A stretch of DNA of 64,000 nucleotides, from positions 3,744,001-3,808,000 of the forward strand of contig OX638340.1 in assembly GCA_951812955.1 (NCBI GenBank). The letters run 5' to 3'. This stretch comes from an uncultured Gemmatimonadota bacterium (GTDB taxonomy: Bacteria > JAAXHH01). Below the pieces are notes generated by a model. That model was not told the DNA's origin, did not search any database, and saw only the letters and a list, made by a program, of their open reading frames with translations. How positions within the stretch are numbered: position 1 is the stretch's first letter; each line of letters starts with the position of its first letter. This document shows positions 38,097 to 47,788 of this stretch, one piece after another. Made by a program: the position numbers and the translations under genes.

Positions 38097-40211
38097 TTGC
38101 CATGGTTTCGGCATGCTGCCGTCCGCAACAACTGGGATAAAACAATGGCCGGATCAGCCTGTCGGGCAGTATATTCAAACCCTGTTTCGTTACGCGACGC
38201 CGGAACGCCCGGTTCAGTCATGCCGGGCAGACAAGGAAGCCGATCCCACCCGATGCCAGCCGACTCGTCACAGGACGCACGCTCCCCGCGCAGCCCGACC
38301 GGCATCACCCCCCGCGTACTGATCCTGGGGGGCGTTCTGGCCGTATTCATCGCGATCTGGACGCCCCACACCAATTACGTGATGCATGGCCCGAGGCTCA
38401 CCCTGAGCCATATCTCTATCGCGGCCCTGGTTTCCTTTCTCATGGTGATCTTCTGTATGCAGATCCCCCTTCGCAGGTGGCGGCCCGCGCAGGCGTTCTC
38501 CGCGAGCGAACTGGCCGTGCTGTTCGTCTTCTGTCTCGTTTCGTCGACAATTCCGGGCAAGGCTTTCGTGGACTACTTTATCGGAATCCTCGCCTCCCCT
38601 TACTATTACGTTACGCCGGAGAACCGGTGGGCGGATACCTTCTTTCCCCACCTGCCCGGATGGCTGGTCGTCCGGGACGACCTGGGGGCCGCGACGGCGT
38701 TCTACGAAGGCGCCGGCCAGAGCATCATCCTGTGGGTCGAATGGATCGTTCCCCTGTTCTGGTGGATGTGCATGCTGGCGGCGCTGTTCGTGGTCATGGC
38801 CTGCATTTCGGTGATCTTCCGCAAGCAGTGGGTCGAGCACGAGCGGTTGTCTTTTCCCGCGGTCCAGATACCCTCGATGCTCATCAGGGAGACGACCCGG
38901 GGCGGACTGATTCCGGGATTAGTGACGAACCGGTACTTCCAGGTGGGATTCGGGGTCACCTTCGCCCTGCTGGCGTGGAACTGCCTCGCCTATTTCGGCA
39001 CATTCCCCGCCATTCCCGTCGGCGCCGCTTTTAGGACGGAGATTCAACTGGCGCCTTCCGTTCCACCGACCCAGGTGCAGTTCAACCTCTTTATGATGTG
39101 CTTCGCCTATTTCGCCGACTTGAAGGTGTTGTTCAGCATCTGGTTTTTTCACCTGCTCGCCCTGCTGGAGATCAGTCTGCTCAACCAGTTGGGCGTATCG
39201 GCGTCCGGCGTGGCGGGTGGCTCGCAGTTCATCGTGAAGACGGAGCACTTCGGCGGGTTCTGGGTATTCGTACTGTGGGGCATATGGATCGGCAGAAACC
39301 ACCTGAAGGCGGTCTGGCGCAAGGCCCTGGGAAGCGCACCGGAGGTCGACGACTCCATGGAACTGCTGTCCTATCGCACGGCTGTGGGGGGACTGGCCGC
39401 CGGCCTGTGCTACCTGCTGTTCTGGCTTAACAGCATGGGTATGTCGGTCGATGTGGCCGTCCTCTTCCTCCTGATCACGCTCGCGCTTTATGTGGGCGTC
39501 ACCCGCATCGTCGCAGAGACGGGGCTCGTTTTCCTCGATCTACCGGTCAACTCGAACGAAATGACGGTGGCCGTCATCGGTTCGAGCAACCTGTCGCCTT
39601 CGAACCTCACATCCCTCGGACTGACCCACGCCATCTCCCACAACCACCGGGGCATCGGCCTGTCTTCGCTGATTCACGGCGTGAAGGCCTCCGAAGGCTT
39701 CGCCCGGTCGAGAAAAGGACTGTTCGCCGCGGTGTGCGTATTGCTTGCGCTCACGTTCATCGTCACGAACGGCTACACGATATACGCCGGGGCGACCGGT
39801 ACCGGGGCCCATGATTTCGCCCCGCTTCGGGCCGATAACTTCTACGACCAGCTGGCCACCTGGTTCAACAATCCCTACACCCTGTCCTACGAGGAAATCT
39901 ATTTCCTGCTCCTGGGTGCTGTCATTACCTGCGGTCTCCTGTTCATGCAGTACCATTTCGCCGGGTGGCCCTTCCATCCCATCGGATACATCGTGGCCTA
40001 CGCCGACATCATCAACTTCGAAATCACGTCGATCTTCATGATCTGGCTGATCAAGGTGCTGCTGCTGAGGCTGGGCGGGTTCGACATGTACCGGAGGATG
40101 CAGCCTGCCGTGATCGGCGTGCTGCTGGGCTACGCGGCGGGGGTGACCCTGTCTCTTGCCGTCGATGTCATCTGGTTCCCCGGCCAGGGGCACAACGTGC
40201 ACAACTGGTAG
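38097..40211 (+). CDS. polytopic membrane protein of unknown function (paralog A; >=12 TM)
   Basis: Shares with the convergent neighbour the blocks SP(E/Y)N(R/Q)W, IPLFWWM, VIFRKQWVEHERL(S/R)FP, NPIG(Y/F) and overall collinear hydrophobicity; true start uncertain (several in-frame Met). Confidence 0.7.
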   Translation: MPWFRHAAVRNNWDKTMAGSACRAVYSNPVSLRDAGTPGSVMPGRQGSRSHPMPADSSQDARSPRSPTGITPRVLILGGVLAVFIAIWTPHTNYVMHGPRLTLSHISIAALVSFLMVIFCMQIPLRRWRPAQAFSASELAVLFVFCLVSSTIPGKAFVDYFIGILASPYYYVTPENRWADTFFPHLPGWLVVRDDLGAATAFYEGAGQSIILWVEWIVPLFWWMCMLAALFVVMACISVIFRKQWVEHERLSFPAVQIPSMLIRETTRGGLIPGLVTNRYFQVGFGVTFALLAWNCLAYFGTFPAIPVGAAFRTEIQLAPSVPPTQVQFNLFMMCFAYFADLKVLFSIWFFHLLALLEISLLNQLGVSASGVAGGSQFIVKTEHFGGFWVFVLWGIWIGRNHLKAVWRKALGSAPEVDDSMELLSYRTAVGGLAAGLCYLLFWLNSMGMSVDVAVLFLLITLALYVGVTRIVAETGLVFLDLPVNSNEMTVAVIGSSNLSPSNLTSLGLTHAISHNHRGIGLSSLIHGVKASEGFARSRKGLFAAVCVLLALTFIVTNGYTIYAGATGTGAHDFAPLRADNFYDQLATWFNNPYTLSYEEIYFLLLGAVITCGLLFMQYHFAGWPFHPIGYIVAYADIINFEITSIFMIWLIKVLLLRLGGFDMYRRMQPAVIGVLLGYAAGVTLSLAVDVIWFPGQGHNVHNW

Positions 40212-40247
40212 CTTGACCGGATGCCGGCGCCCGCCGGAATATCCCGG

Positions 40248-42260
40248 CTAGAATATCTCGGCGATATGGGGGGTGTCGGGGAAATACACTGTATCGACGA
40301 CGTAGGCGGCCAGGACCCCGACCGCATAACCCACGAGAATCCCCAGGAACAGAGGCTGGGCCTTCCGGTACAACCCGACGCCGCCAACACGGAGGAGGAT
40401 GACCTGCACGATCCATGCGACGAAGAGGGTGAAGACGACCCCCCGGATGGGTCCCGAAGCGCCAATGGCGAATCCGATGGGATTGAGCGGCCACCAGTAG
40501 AAGAGGTACCTGCCCAGGGCCAGCAGCGTGCTGATGGCCATACCCGCCGCGAGGAACAGGATTTCGAGGGTGGAGATCTGCGTGGCGTTCTTCATCCACT
40601 TCACCACCAGGTCGAAGAAAAGGTTCCCGGTGTTGCGCAGGTTGATGTGGAGGTTGTCCGCCCCTTCCGCGTAACCGGAGTAGACGACGTATCCCGTCGA
40701 GATCGCCGTCCCGGCAACAAAAGCGAGGCATATCAGCAGGAATAGCCGTCCCCGGTTCTCCCCGAGATAGTCGCGCCACCAGGCGACGTGGGAAAGACCG
40801 ACCATGGTGAAGGTGCGCCAGTTACGCGCGAAGGCGTTGGTCAGTCCCAGACCGGTCAGCGTCGACCCCGAAAGGCTGGCCGAACCCACCATTCCTACCG
40901 TGAAGGCGTGGGCGTTGATGGGCAGGTCGAGGTTGATTAGGCCCGCCTCGGCGAGGACGCGGGCAATGCCGAAATAGAATACCAGGAGGAAGAAAAGAAA
41001 GAGCATGGCGACGGGGATGGAGAATCCGATGGCGCTGAGCCAGGCGGTCATGAAGAGCACGCCCAGGACCAGGCCGACGACCGCCGTTCGGTAGGAGAAC
41101 AGTTCATCTTCGTCCCGCAGGTCGCTCTCCCTTCCGAGGGATTTACGCAGGACGTTGCGGATGTGTTTCCGGGCCATCCAGCCGCCGATCAGGGCGAACA
41201 TGATCAGTCCGCCGCAGAACTGGATGGACACGAGTCCGCGGGGTACGATCGTCTCGGCGGGCGAGACCACTCCGAAGCGGTTGAGCAGGCCTGTTTCCAG
41301 GATGCCGAGCACCTGGAAGAACCAGACACTGAAGAGGATCTCGACGTTGACGAAGAAGGCAAAGCACAGGACGTAAGGCACGAGCCGAATGGCGACAGGC
41401 GGGAAGGAGGGATCGATGACCACGTTGAAGACCGGTCCGGGCAGGGGGATGTGGGGCAGTACGCCCCAGAATCCGATGATGTTCCAGGACATGATGGCCA
41501 GGCTGGCCGCGAAACCGACCTGGAAAAGCCGGTTACCGAAGAGGGACGGCCATCTCCCGGGCGTGTTCCCGTCGGTTTCGACCAGGCGCAGGATGACCTC
41601 GCCCATGGGGAAACGGAGCCGCTCGTGTTCCACCCACTGTTTCCGGAAGATCACGACCAGGCAGGCGCCGATGAAGAGCAGCGTGCCCAGGGCCGACATC
41701 CACCAGAAGAGCGGTATGACCCAGTCCTGCCACGGGATCGGCAATCCGGCAGGCCGCCCCTCGAAGAAATCCGAGACTTGCCCCTTGTCATTGGGGATGA
41801 CCGCCCATTCAGGCAAGTACGCGAAAAAGTGGGCCTCCCACTGGTTTTCCGGACTCGCGAAGTAATGGGGCGCGGTGATTACGCTGATGAGATAGCGGAC
41901 CATGCCCCAGTCCGGCACCATGGCCGCGATCAGTCCCATGGCGAAAATGACCAGGAGTTCCGGCCTTGTCAGCGCGGCGTCCCGGTATATTAAGCGGATC
42001 AGTGTGTTCGGCAGCAGGACCAGGAAAAGGAAGGGAATGACCAGACTAAGCGGCATCTGGGGGAAGGTCAGATAGTTGTAGTTCAGCTGTGCGGAGGCGT
42101 GTTGTCCCCAGAAAGCGACGCAGCACGCGAAAGCCAGGCCCAGGACGGCCGTTTTGAGGGATATGGGTTTCACGGTCATGCCTGGTCTAGTCCGGCCGCG
42201 CAGGAAGTCATTCCTGGATGGAGGCTGTGCCGCGCTTGAGCCAGAAGCCCCCGTCGACAC
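40248..42260 (-). CDS. polytopic membrane protein of unknown function (paralog B; >=12 TM)
   Basis: Collinear homolog of 38097..40211 (same conserved blocks); start may be the internal Met at 42179. Confidence 0.7.
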   Translation of the reverse strand: MSTGASGSSAAQPPSRNDFLRGRTRPGMTVKPISLKTAVLGLAFACCVAFWGQHASAQLNYNYLTFPQMPLSLVIPFLFLVLLPNTLIRLIYRDAALTRPELLVIFAMGLIAAMVPDWGMVRYLISVITAPHYFASPENQWEAHFFAYLPEWAVIPNDKGQVSDFFEGRPAGLPIPWQDWVIPLFWWMSALGTLLFIGACLVVIFRKQWVEHERLRFPMGEVILRLVETDGNTPGRWPSLFGNRLFQVGFAASLAIMSWNIIGFWGVLPHIPLPGPVFNVVIDPSFPPVAIRLVPYVLCFAFFVNVEILFSVWFFQVLGILETGLLNRFGVVSPAETIVPRGLVSIQFCGGLIMFALIGGWMARKHIRNVLRKSLGRESDLRDEDELFSYRTAVVGLVLGVLFMTAWLSAIGFSIPVAMLFLFFLLVFYFGIARVLAEAGLINLDLPINAHAFTVGMVGSASLSGSTLTGLGLTNAFARNWRTFTMVGLSHVAWWRDYLGENRGRLFLLICLAFVAGTAISTGYVVYSGYAEGADNLHINLRNTGNLFFDLVVKWMKNATQISTLEILFLAAGMAISTLLALGRYLFYWWPLNPIGFAIGASGPIRGVVFTLFVAWIVQVILLRVGGVGLYRKAQPLFLGILVGYAVGVLAAYVVDTVYFPDTPHIAEIF

Positions 42261-42987
42261 GCAGGACTTCCCCGGTGATGTAGTCCGCCGCGTCGGAACA
42301 CAGAAAGGTGGCCGCCTTGCCCAGGTCTTCGATCGTGCCCATCCGGCCCCAGGGCAGCCGCCTGCCGCCTTCCTCCAGTTCCTGCTCCGTCGAGTACTGT
42401 CGTTCGCCCGGCGTGTCGGTCCATCCCGGTTCGATCACATTCACGCGGATGCGGTGCTCCAGCAGTTCCAGGGCGATGATGGCGGCCATGTGGTTCATGC
42501 CGGCCTTAGCGGACGAATAGGACAGGGAGGTGGGGAAGGGGAGGAAGGACATGACCGAGCTGATGAAGAGGATACTGCCGCCTTTTTTCGCGTCCACCAT
42601 CTTCCGGGCGCCCGACTGCGCGACATGGAAGGCGCCGAAGAGGCTGACTTCGTAAGTTTTCTTCATTTCGTCCACGTCCATTGCGAGAAAAGGCTCCCGC
42701 GTGGAATAGTAGGCGTTGGCCACCACGATATCGGGTCCGCCGAGTTCCTTCGCCGTCTGATCCACCATGTCGTCCACGGCGGACCGGTCGGAGGCGTCCG
42801 CGCCGACGAGGATCGCCCGACGGCCCATGGACCTGATTTCCTCGGCGACGGCCTCGCCGTCGTCCCGGTGGCTGAAGTAGTTGACGGTGACGTCCGCCCC
42901 GGCCCGGGCCATCTCCAGTGCGATGCCCTTGCCGATGCCCCGGGACGAACCACTGATCAGCGCTGTCTTGCCCGTCAGGTCGATCAT
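42208..42987 (-). CDS. SDR family oxidoreductase
   Basis: ISGSSRGIG cofactor motif, YSSAK catalytic motif; start at MIDLTG (42987); the longer ORF-track N-terminus is translation of an upstream tandem repeat. Confidence 0.85.
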   Translation of the reverse strand: MIDLTGKTALISGSSRGIGKGIALEMARAGADVTVNYFSHRDDGEAVAEEIRSMGRRAILVGADASDRSAVDDMVDQTAKELGGPDIVVANAYYSTREPFLAMDVDEMKKTYEVSLFGAFHVAQSGARKMVDAKKGGSILFISSVMSFLPFPTSLSYSSAKAGMNHMAAIIALELLEHRIRVNVIEPGWTDTPGERQYSTEQELEEGGRRLPWGRMGTIEDLGKAATFLCSDAADYITGEVLRVDGGFWLKRGTASIQE

Positions 42988-43032
42988 GGTTCCCTCGATT
43001 CGAAATACATGGTGAACGGTACGAATGTCCCG

Positions 43033-43201
43033 AGCGGCCGCACGATCGGGAGTGCCCGTACGACCGGGAGTGCCCGTACGACTAGGAGTACCCGCGAGAT
43101 CGAGATCGGCCGCACGATCGGGAGCTGTTGAACGATACAGGCGTGCCCGCGCGATCAAGCGCGACAGCGCGATCAAGCGTGACAGCGCGATCGGGATCGA
43201 C
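43033..43201. repeat. intergenic compound tandem repeat (18-bp units: cgaYcgggagtgcccgta x3; cgcgatcaagcgYgacag x3; ggccgcacgatcggg x2)
   Basis: Directly visible; between the TIM-barrel isomerase stop and the SDR start. Confidence 0.85.
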
Positions 43202-43217
43202 TACGCCGGGAGCGGTT

Positions 43218-43994
43218 TCAAAGCTTCATGGCGGTCATGTTGCGGTAGCTGACAGCGATACTGTCGAAGGGGTCGCCGGCGCAGGTGTCCTGTTCGACGA
43301 CGTACCACTGGGACCCCGCGGTCTCGCATGCAGCGACGATGCCGGACCAGTTCATGTTGCCCTCGCCGATCTCGGCCATCACCTGTTCCCGTCCCGACAC
43401 GCCCAGGTCCTTGAAATGGATGACCGGGCACCGGTCCCGTACCCGGCCGATCCAGTGTATGGGGTCCCCACCGCCGTACTGGATCCAGTAGGTGTCGATT
43501 TCAAAGCACAGGGCGGGGTCGCTCTCCTCCACGAGGATGGCCAGCCCGGTCCGACCGCCCACCCGCACGAGTTCCGTGTGGTGGTTGTGGTAGCTGAAGG
43601 ACATGCCCGCTTCCTGCAACCCGATGGCCACGGCAGACGCGTCCACCGCGAACCGCGAAAAACCGTCCGGATCGTCCCAGTAGGATCTCGGCATGGACCC
43701 GACGGCTATATGCTCACATCCCCAGAGGCGGTGTTCGGCGGCGACTTCATCCGGTTTCTCCTGCAGCCGTTCGAAGGGTACGTGCGTGGCGCAGACGTGC
43801 AGGCCGGCGTCCCGGATCATGGCGCCGAGTTCCGCGGGGTCGACAGGACCCAGGGCCGATAGCTGTATGTGGTCGTAGCCGATGGACTTGACTCTCTTCA
43901 GGGTGTCCGCGATATCGGCCGGCGTCTGCACGAAGTCGCGTAAAGTATAGAGTGTAACGGCGATCTTGCTGTCTGGCATCCATCTCTCCTTCAT
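43218..43994 (-). CDS. sugar phosphate isomerase/epimerase (xylose-isomerase-like TIM barrel)
   Basis: 258 aa; AP-endonuclease-2/xylose-isomerase-like TIM motifs; start ATGA-overlaps the upstream sulfatase stop. Confidence 0.85.
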   Translation of the reverse strand: MKERWMPDSKIAVTLYTLRDFVQTPADIADTLKRVKSIGYDHIQLSALGPVDPAELGAMIRDAGLHVCATHVPFERLQEKPDEVAAEHRLWGCEHIAVGSMPRSYWDDPDGFSRFAVDASAVAIGLQEAGMSFSYHNHHTELVRVGGRTGLAILVEESDPALCFEIDTYWIQYGGGDPIHWIGRVRDRCPVIHFKDLGVSGREQVMAEIGEGNMNWSGIVAACETAGSQWYVVEQDTCAGDPFDSIAVSYRNMTAMKL

Positions 43995-45433
43995 TTTTCC
44001 ATAGGTTCAAAAGCAGGCGAATCATCCTCCCACGCGCCGCCGACCGGACGAAGTTGCCCGAGTCCTGTAACGGGCCGTAGCCGCCCGTCACGATCCGGAT
44101 CGGCGTATCGTTCGAACCAGCCTTCCAGTTCCCCGCGGAGCGATCTGCATCGGCCGGCATATCCGGCATCTTCCGCGAGGTTGGCCCGTTCGTCCGGGTC
44201 ATTCTCCAGGTCGTACAGTTCGTTCGGTCCCTCGGTATACCGGTGCACGTACTTCCACGATTCGGTCCGGATCATGCGCGTGCCGCCGTATTCGTCGAAA
44301 ATCACCACGTGGTCCCGGCTCGCATCGTCCCGGCCCGTCCAGGCGTCCAGGGTGTTCCGCCCCGGCAGGTTGCGGTCCCAGGGTACGGGCAGGTCCAGGT
44401 ACGACAGCAACGTGGGCATGAAGTCGTAAGCGCTGAGCATGGCCTCTTGCACGAATCCTTCGGGCAGGCGTCCTGGCTGGCTGACCAGGGCGGGTACCCG
44501 GATGGAGTTCTCGTACATGTTTAACGGGCTCGTCCCGTTTCCTTTCCCCCAGAATCCGTGGTGTCCCAGGCTGAAACCGTTGTCGCTCAAGAAGATAACC
44601 AGGGTGTTTTCGCGGATGCCGTGCCGGTCGAGCCGGTCAAGCAGGCGGCCTACGTCGAGGTCCATGGCCGTGACGGCCGCGAAGTAGCCCTTCAGGCTTT
44701 CGCGGTCGCCCATGCATTCGCGGGTCAGGCCGCCGGCCCAGGGATGGATGGGTTCCTGCGGACAGGATGCGAAGGCGCAGTCGTCGTAGGAATCGACGAT
44801 GTCCTGCGGATGGCCCGTCCACGGGCTGTGCGGCGCGGTATAATGGACGCCGAGGTAGAACGGTTCTTCCTGGTTGGCGTGGCGGTCGATAAAGGCGAGG
44901 GCGTCGTCGGTAATGACATTCGTGACGTATCCCGGTTCGTTGACCGGGACGCCGTCGCGCACCATGGGGGCGTTGTTGTAGGGCCCGCCGCCGAACTGGT
45001 GGGCGAACCAGTGGGAAAACCCGTGCTGGGTCAGGGTGCTGTTGCCCAGGTGCCACTTGCCGCTGAGGCCGCATCGCCACCCATGGTCCGCGAGCACATC
45101 GGTGTACGCCGTTTCGCCCTCGAGGTATGAAGCCGCGTCCTCCCCGACGTTGCCACCCCGGATCCAGTCGTGCACGCCGTGCTGGGAGGCGATCCGGCCG
45201 GTCAGCAGCGTCGCGCGGCTGGGCGAGCAGACTGGCGTGGCCACGAAGAACCGGTCGAAGCGCACCCCGGTCTGCGCGATTCGGTCGATGTTCGGCGTGC
45301 GTATTTCGGAATTGCCGTAGCAGCCCGCCGCCCAGACGCCCTGGTCGTCGGTAAGGATGCAGAGCACGTTCGGTCGGGACGAAACCATGGCATGTCCTGG
45401 GATCGAGTGGTTATCCTGTGCGTGATTCATCAA
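43991..45433 (-). CDS. sulfatase (arylsulfatase family)
   Basis: Formylglycine motif C-S-P-S-R (PVCSPSRATLLTGR); LTDDQG metal site; no obvious signal peptide; alternative start 45388. Confidence 0.85.
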   Translation of the reverse strand: MMNHAQDNHSIPGHAMVSSRPNVLCILTDDQGVWAAGCYGNSEIRTPNIDRIAQTGVRFDRFFVATPVCSPSRATLLTGRIASQHGVHDWIRGGNVGEDAASYLEGETAYTDVLADHGWRCGLSGKWHLGNSTLTQHGFSHWFAHQFGGGPYNNAPMVRDGVPVNEPGYVTNVITDDALAFIDRHANQEEPFYLGVHYTAPHSPWTGHPQDIVDSYDDCAFASCPQEPIHPWAGGLTRECMGDRESLKGYFAAVTAMDLDVGRLLDRLDRHGIRENTLVIFLSDNGFSLGHHGFWGKGNGTSPLNMYENSIRVPALVSQPGRLPEGFVQEAMLSAYDFMPTLLSYLDLPVPWDRNLPGRNTLDAWTGRDDASRDHVVIFDEYGGTRMIRTESWKYVHRYTEGPNELYDLENDPDERANLAEDAGYAGRCRSLRGELEGWFERYADPDRDGRLRPVTGLGQLRPVGGAWEDDSPAFEPMEK

Positions 45434-45679
45434 GCATGGGAAAGCGTAGAACGAATTGCCAAATTAGCGTCCCACAAGCGGATTGTCACGCAGATTCTAC
45501 CCGCCCTCCCGGTCCAATTGGCGTTGCCATGCGTCCGCCCCATCCCGTATATTGTCACCCGCGACACCGGTGGAATGGCTAGTGTGCCCGCCCGGTGCAT
45601 CGGGACGAGTGAATCCGACCCGTTAAGAACAGATTGGTGTACGGACCCATGTCGACGGGCACTGGAGGGGACTGGCGTT

Positions 45680-46711
45680 ATGATACAAGCAGGTATCGTG
45701 GGCTACGGCCTGGCGGGTCGTTTATTCCATGCCTACCTGGTCTCGCGGACCGATGGGTTGAAACTGAAGGCCGTCGCCAGCCGGGATCCGGAACGGAGGG
45801 CACAGGCGGTACGGGACTGGTCCGTGGATACCTATGAGACCTTGACCGGTCTCCTGTCGGACGACGATATCCAGCTCGTCATCCTGGCCACGCCCCACCA
45901 TACCCACGCATCTCTGGCCATCGAGGCCATGGAGGCGGGAAGACACGTGGTCGTCGACAAGGTCATGTGCATGTCGGCCGCCGAAGCCGAGGAAATGATC
46001 GCGGTCAGCAAGCGTCGCGGGGTCACGTTGAGCGTCTTCCACAACCGCCGCTGGGACTGGGGTTATCTTACCGTGCGCAAGGCGGTGGAAGACGGCCTGC
46101 TGGGCGATCCCTTCCTGATCGAACGGTCTGTGCACCGGTTCCGGGCTTCCCGGGGCTGGCGGACAAACCGGTCGGAGAGCGGCGGCCTGCTCTACGATTG
46201 GGGCGCCCACCTCATCGACCAGGGGTTGCAGTTGCTGGGCGCCCTTCCCGACGCGATCCATTGCAAGGGGCACAAGTACCGGTGGGAAGGTGACATCGAG
46301 GATCACGTCACCTGTACCCTGTATTTCGAGAACGGCGCCGAATATCGCATTGAAATCAGCAATTTGTCCCGTATAGCAAAACCCCACTGGTACGTTCTGG
46401 GCACCCGGGGCTCCCTTGTCAAGACAGGCCTCGACCCCCAGGAGGACTGGATGAAGAATGGCGAGATCGAGGCCGCGGAGGAGGCCCCCGAAGACCGCGT
46501 CAGGGTTGCCGCGGAACGGGACGGCGAGGCCTTGGAGATGACCCTCGATCCGGTGAAGGGCAGTTGGGTGGATTACTACCGGAACATCGCAGCCGTGCTG
46601 GACAGTAGCGCGGAACTCGCCGTAAAGCCCGGCGAGATGCTGGACCTGATGAGGGTGCTGGACGCCGCCACGGAATCCCTGGAATCCGGGCGGGTGGTAT
46701 CGATGAAATGA
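45680..46711 (+). CDS. Gfo/Idh/MocA family oxidoreductase
   Basis: N-terminal Rossmann (GIVGYGLAG), DKVMCMS/EKP-like region; the ORF-track 5' extension to 45170 is unsupported. Confidence 0.85.
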   Translation: MIQAGIVGYGLAGRLFHAYLVSRTDGLKLKAVASRDPERRAQAVRDWSVDTYETLTGLLSDDDIQLVILATPHHTHASLAIEAMEAGRHVVVDKVMCMSAAEAEEMIAVSKRRGVTLSVFHNRRWDWGYLTVRKAVEDGLLGDPFLIERSVHRFRASRGWRTNRSESGGLLYDWGAHLIDQGLQLLGALPDAIHCKGHKYRWEGDIEDHVTCTLYFENGAEYRIEISNLSRIAKPHWYVLGTRGSLVKTGLDPQEDWMKNGEIEAAEEAPEDRVRVAAERDGEALEMTLDPVKGSWVDYYRNIAAVLDSSAELAVKPGEMLDLMRVLDAATESLESGRVVSMK

Positions 46712-47778
46712 GGATCGAACGGAACATGGAACCCAGGCGAATGGTCATTCTCACGGAGGGGAGTCTGGGCACGTTCTCGTCCAAGACGGCCGCTTCGCTC
46801 ATCCGCTACAAGCCCGATGAAACCGTGGCGGTGCTCGACAGCGTGCACGCAGGCAGGAATTTGGAAGACCTGCTCGAGGTCGGGCGGGGCATCCCGGTCG
46901 TGTCGACGTTGAAAGAAGCGCTGGCGTTCAGACCGACCTCGCTGGTTATCGGGATCGCTACGCCGGGCGGCATCTTGCCCGCAGCATGGCGAGCGGTCAT
47001 CCACGAGGCGATCGAGCACGGGCTCGAGGTGGTAAACGGGCTTCATACCTTTTTCGGCGAGGACGAAGAATTCGCCCGTCACGCCGAGAGGAAGGGCGTT
47101 CGGCTGTGGGACGTGCGAAAGCCGCCGGACGACCTGGATGTAGGGCGTCACGCGGTTCACGGCCTCCCGAATCTTCGTGTGCTGACCGTAGGCGCCGATT
47201 CGAGCATCGGCAAGAAGATCGCCGCGATCGAAATCAGCCGTGCGGCCCGCGAGACAGGATGGGATGCCGAGTTCGTAGCTACAGGGCAGACCGGTATTAT
47301 GATCGCTGGATCGGGCATCGCGGTGGACACCGTGGCGGCGGACTACATATCGGGTGCCGTGGAACGGCTTGTGCTAGAAAGAAAGGACCGGGAACTGCTG
47401 GTCATCGAAGGCCAGGGCACGGTCCTGCATCCGTCCTATTCCGGTGTATCGCTCGGCCTGTTGCACGGCGCGGCGCCGCAGGCCCTGGTGCTTTGCCACC
47501 AGCCCGGCCGTGACGTGATGCGCAATCTGCCCGTAGCCGTGCCGTCCTACGAAGAGATGATTCACGTTCACGAGACGATCGCCCGGCCGCTGTTTCCCTG
47601 CCGGGTCGCGGCGGTTTCGCTCAATTGCTTCGGCATGTCCATGGACGATGCCAGGCGCGAAGTGGACCGGGTCGCGCAGGAGACCGGACTTCCGGCGACG
47701 GACTGCGTGAAATTCGGATGCGATCCGATTCTGGAGGCCCTTGAGCCCCTGAAGGTTCCGTCGACGAAACCTACCTGA
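46708..47778 (+). CDS. DUF1611 domain protein (DgcN-like)
   Basis: ATGA overlap with the upstream stop; N-terminal Rossmann-like plus P-loop-like GADSSIGKK segment typical of DUF1611. Confidence 0.7.
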   Translation: MRIERNMEPRRMVILTEGSLGTFSSKTAASLIRYKPDETVAVLDSVHAGRNLEDLLEVGRGIPVVSTLKEALAFRPTSLVIGIATPGGILPAAWRAVIHEAIEHGLEVVNGLHTFFGEDEEFARHAERKGVRLWDVRKPPDDLDVGRHAVHGLPNLRVLTVGADSSIGKKIAAIEISRAARETGWDAEFVATGQTGIMIAGSGIAVDTVAADYISGAVERLVLERKDRELLVIEGQGTVLHPSYSGVSLGLLHGAAPQALVLCHQPGRDVMRNLPVAVPSYEEMIHVHETIARPLFPCRVAAVSLNCFGMSMDDARREVDRVAQETGLPATDCVKFGCDPILEALEPLKVPSTKPT

Positions 47779-47788
47779 TGAAGCCGGA

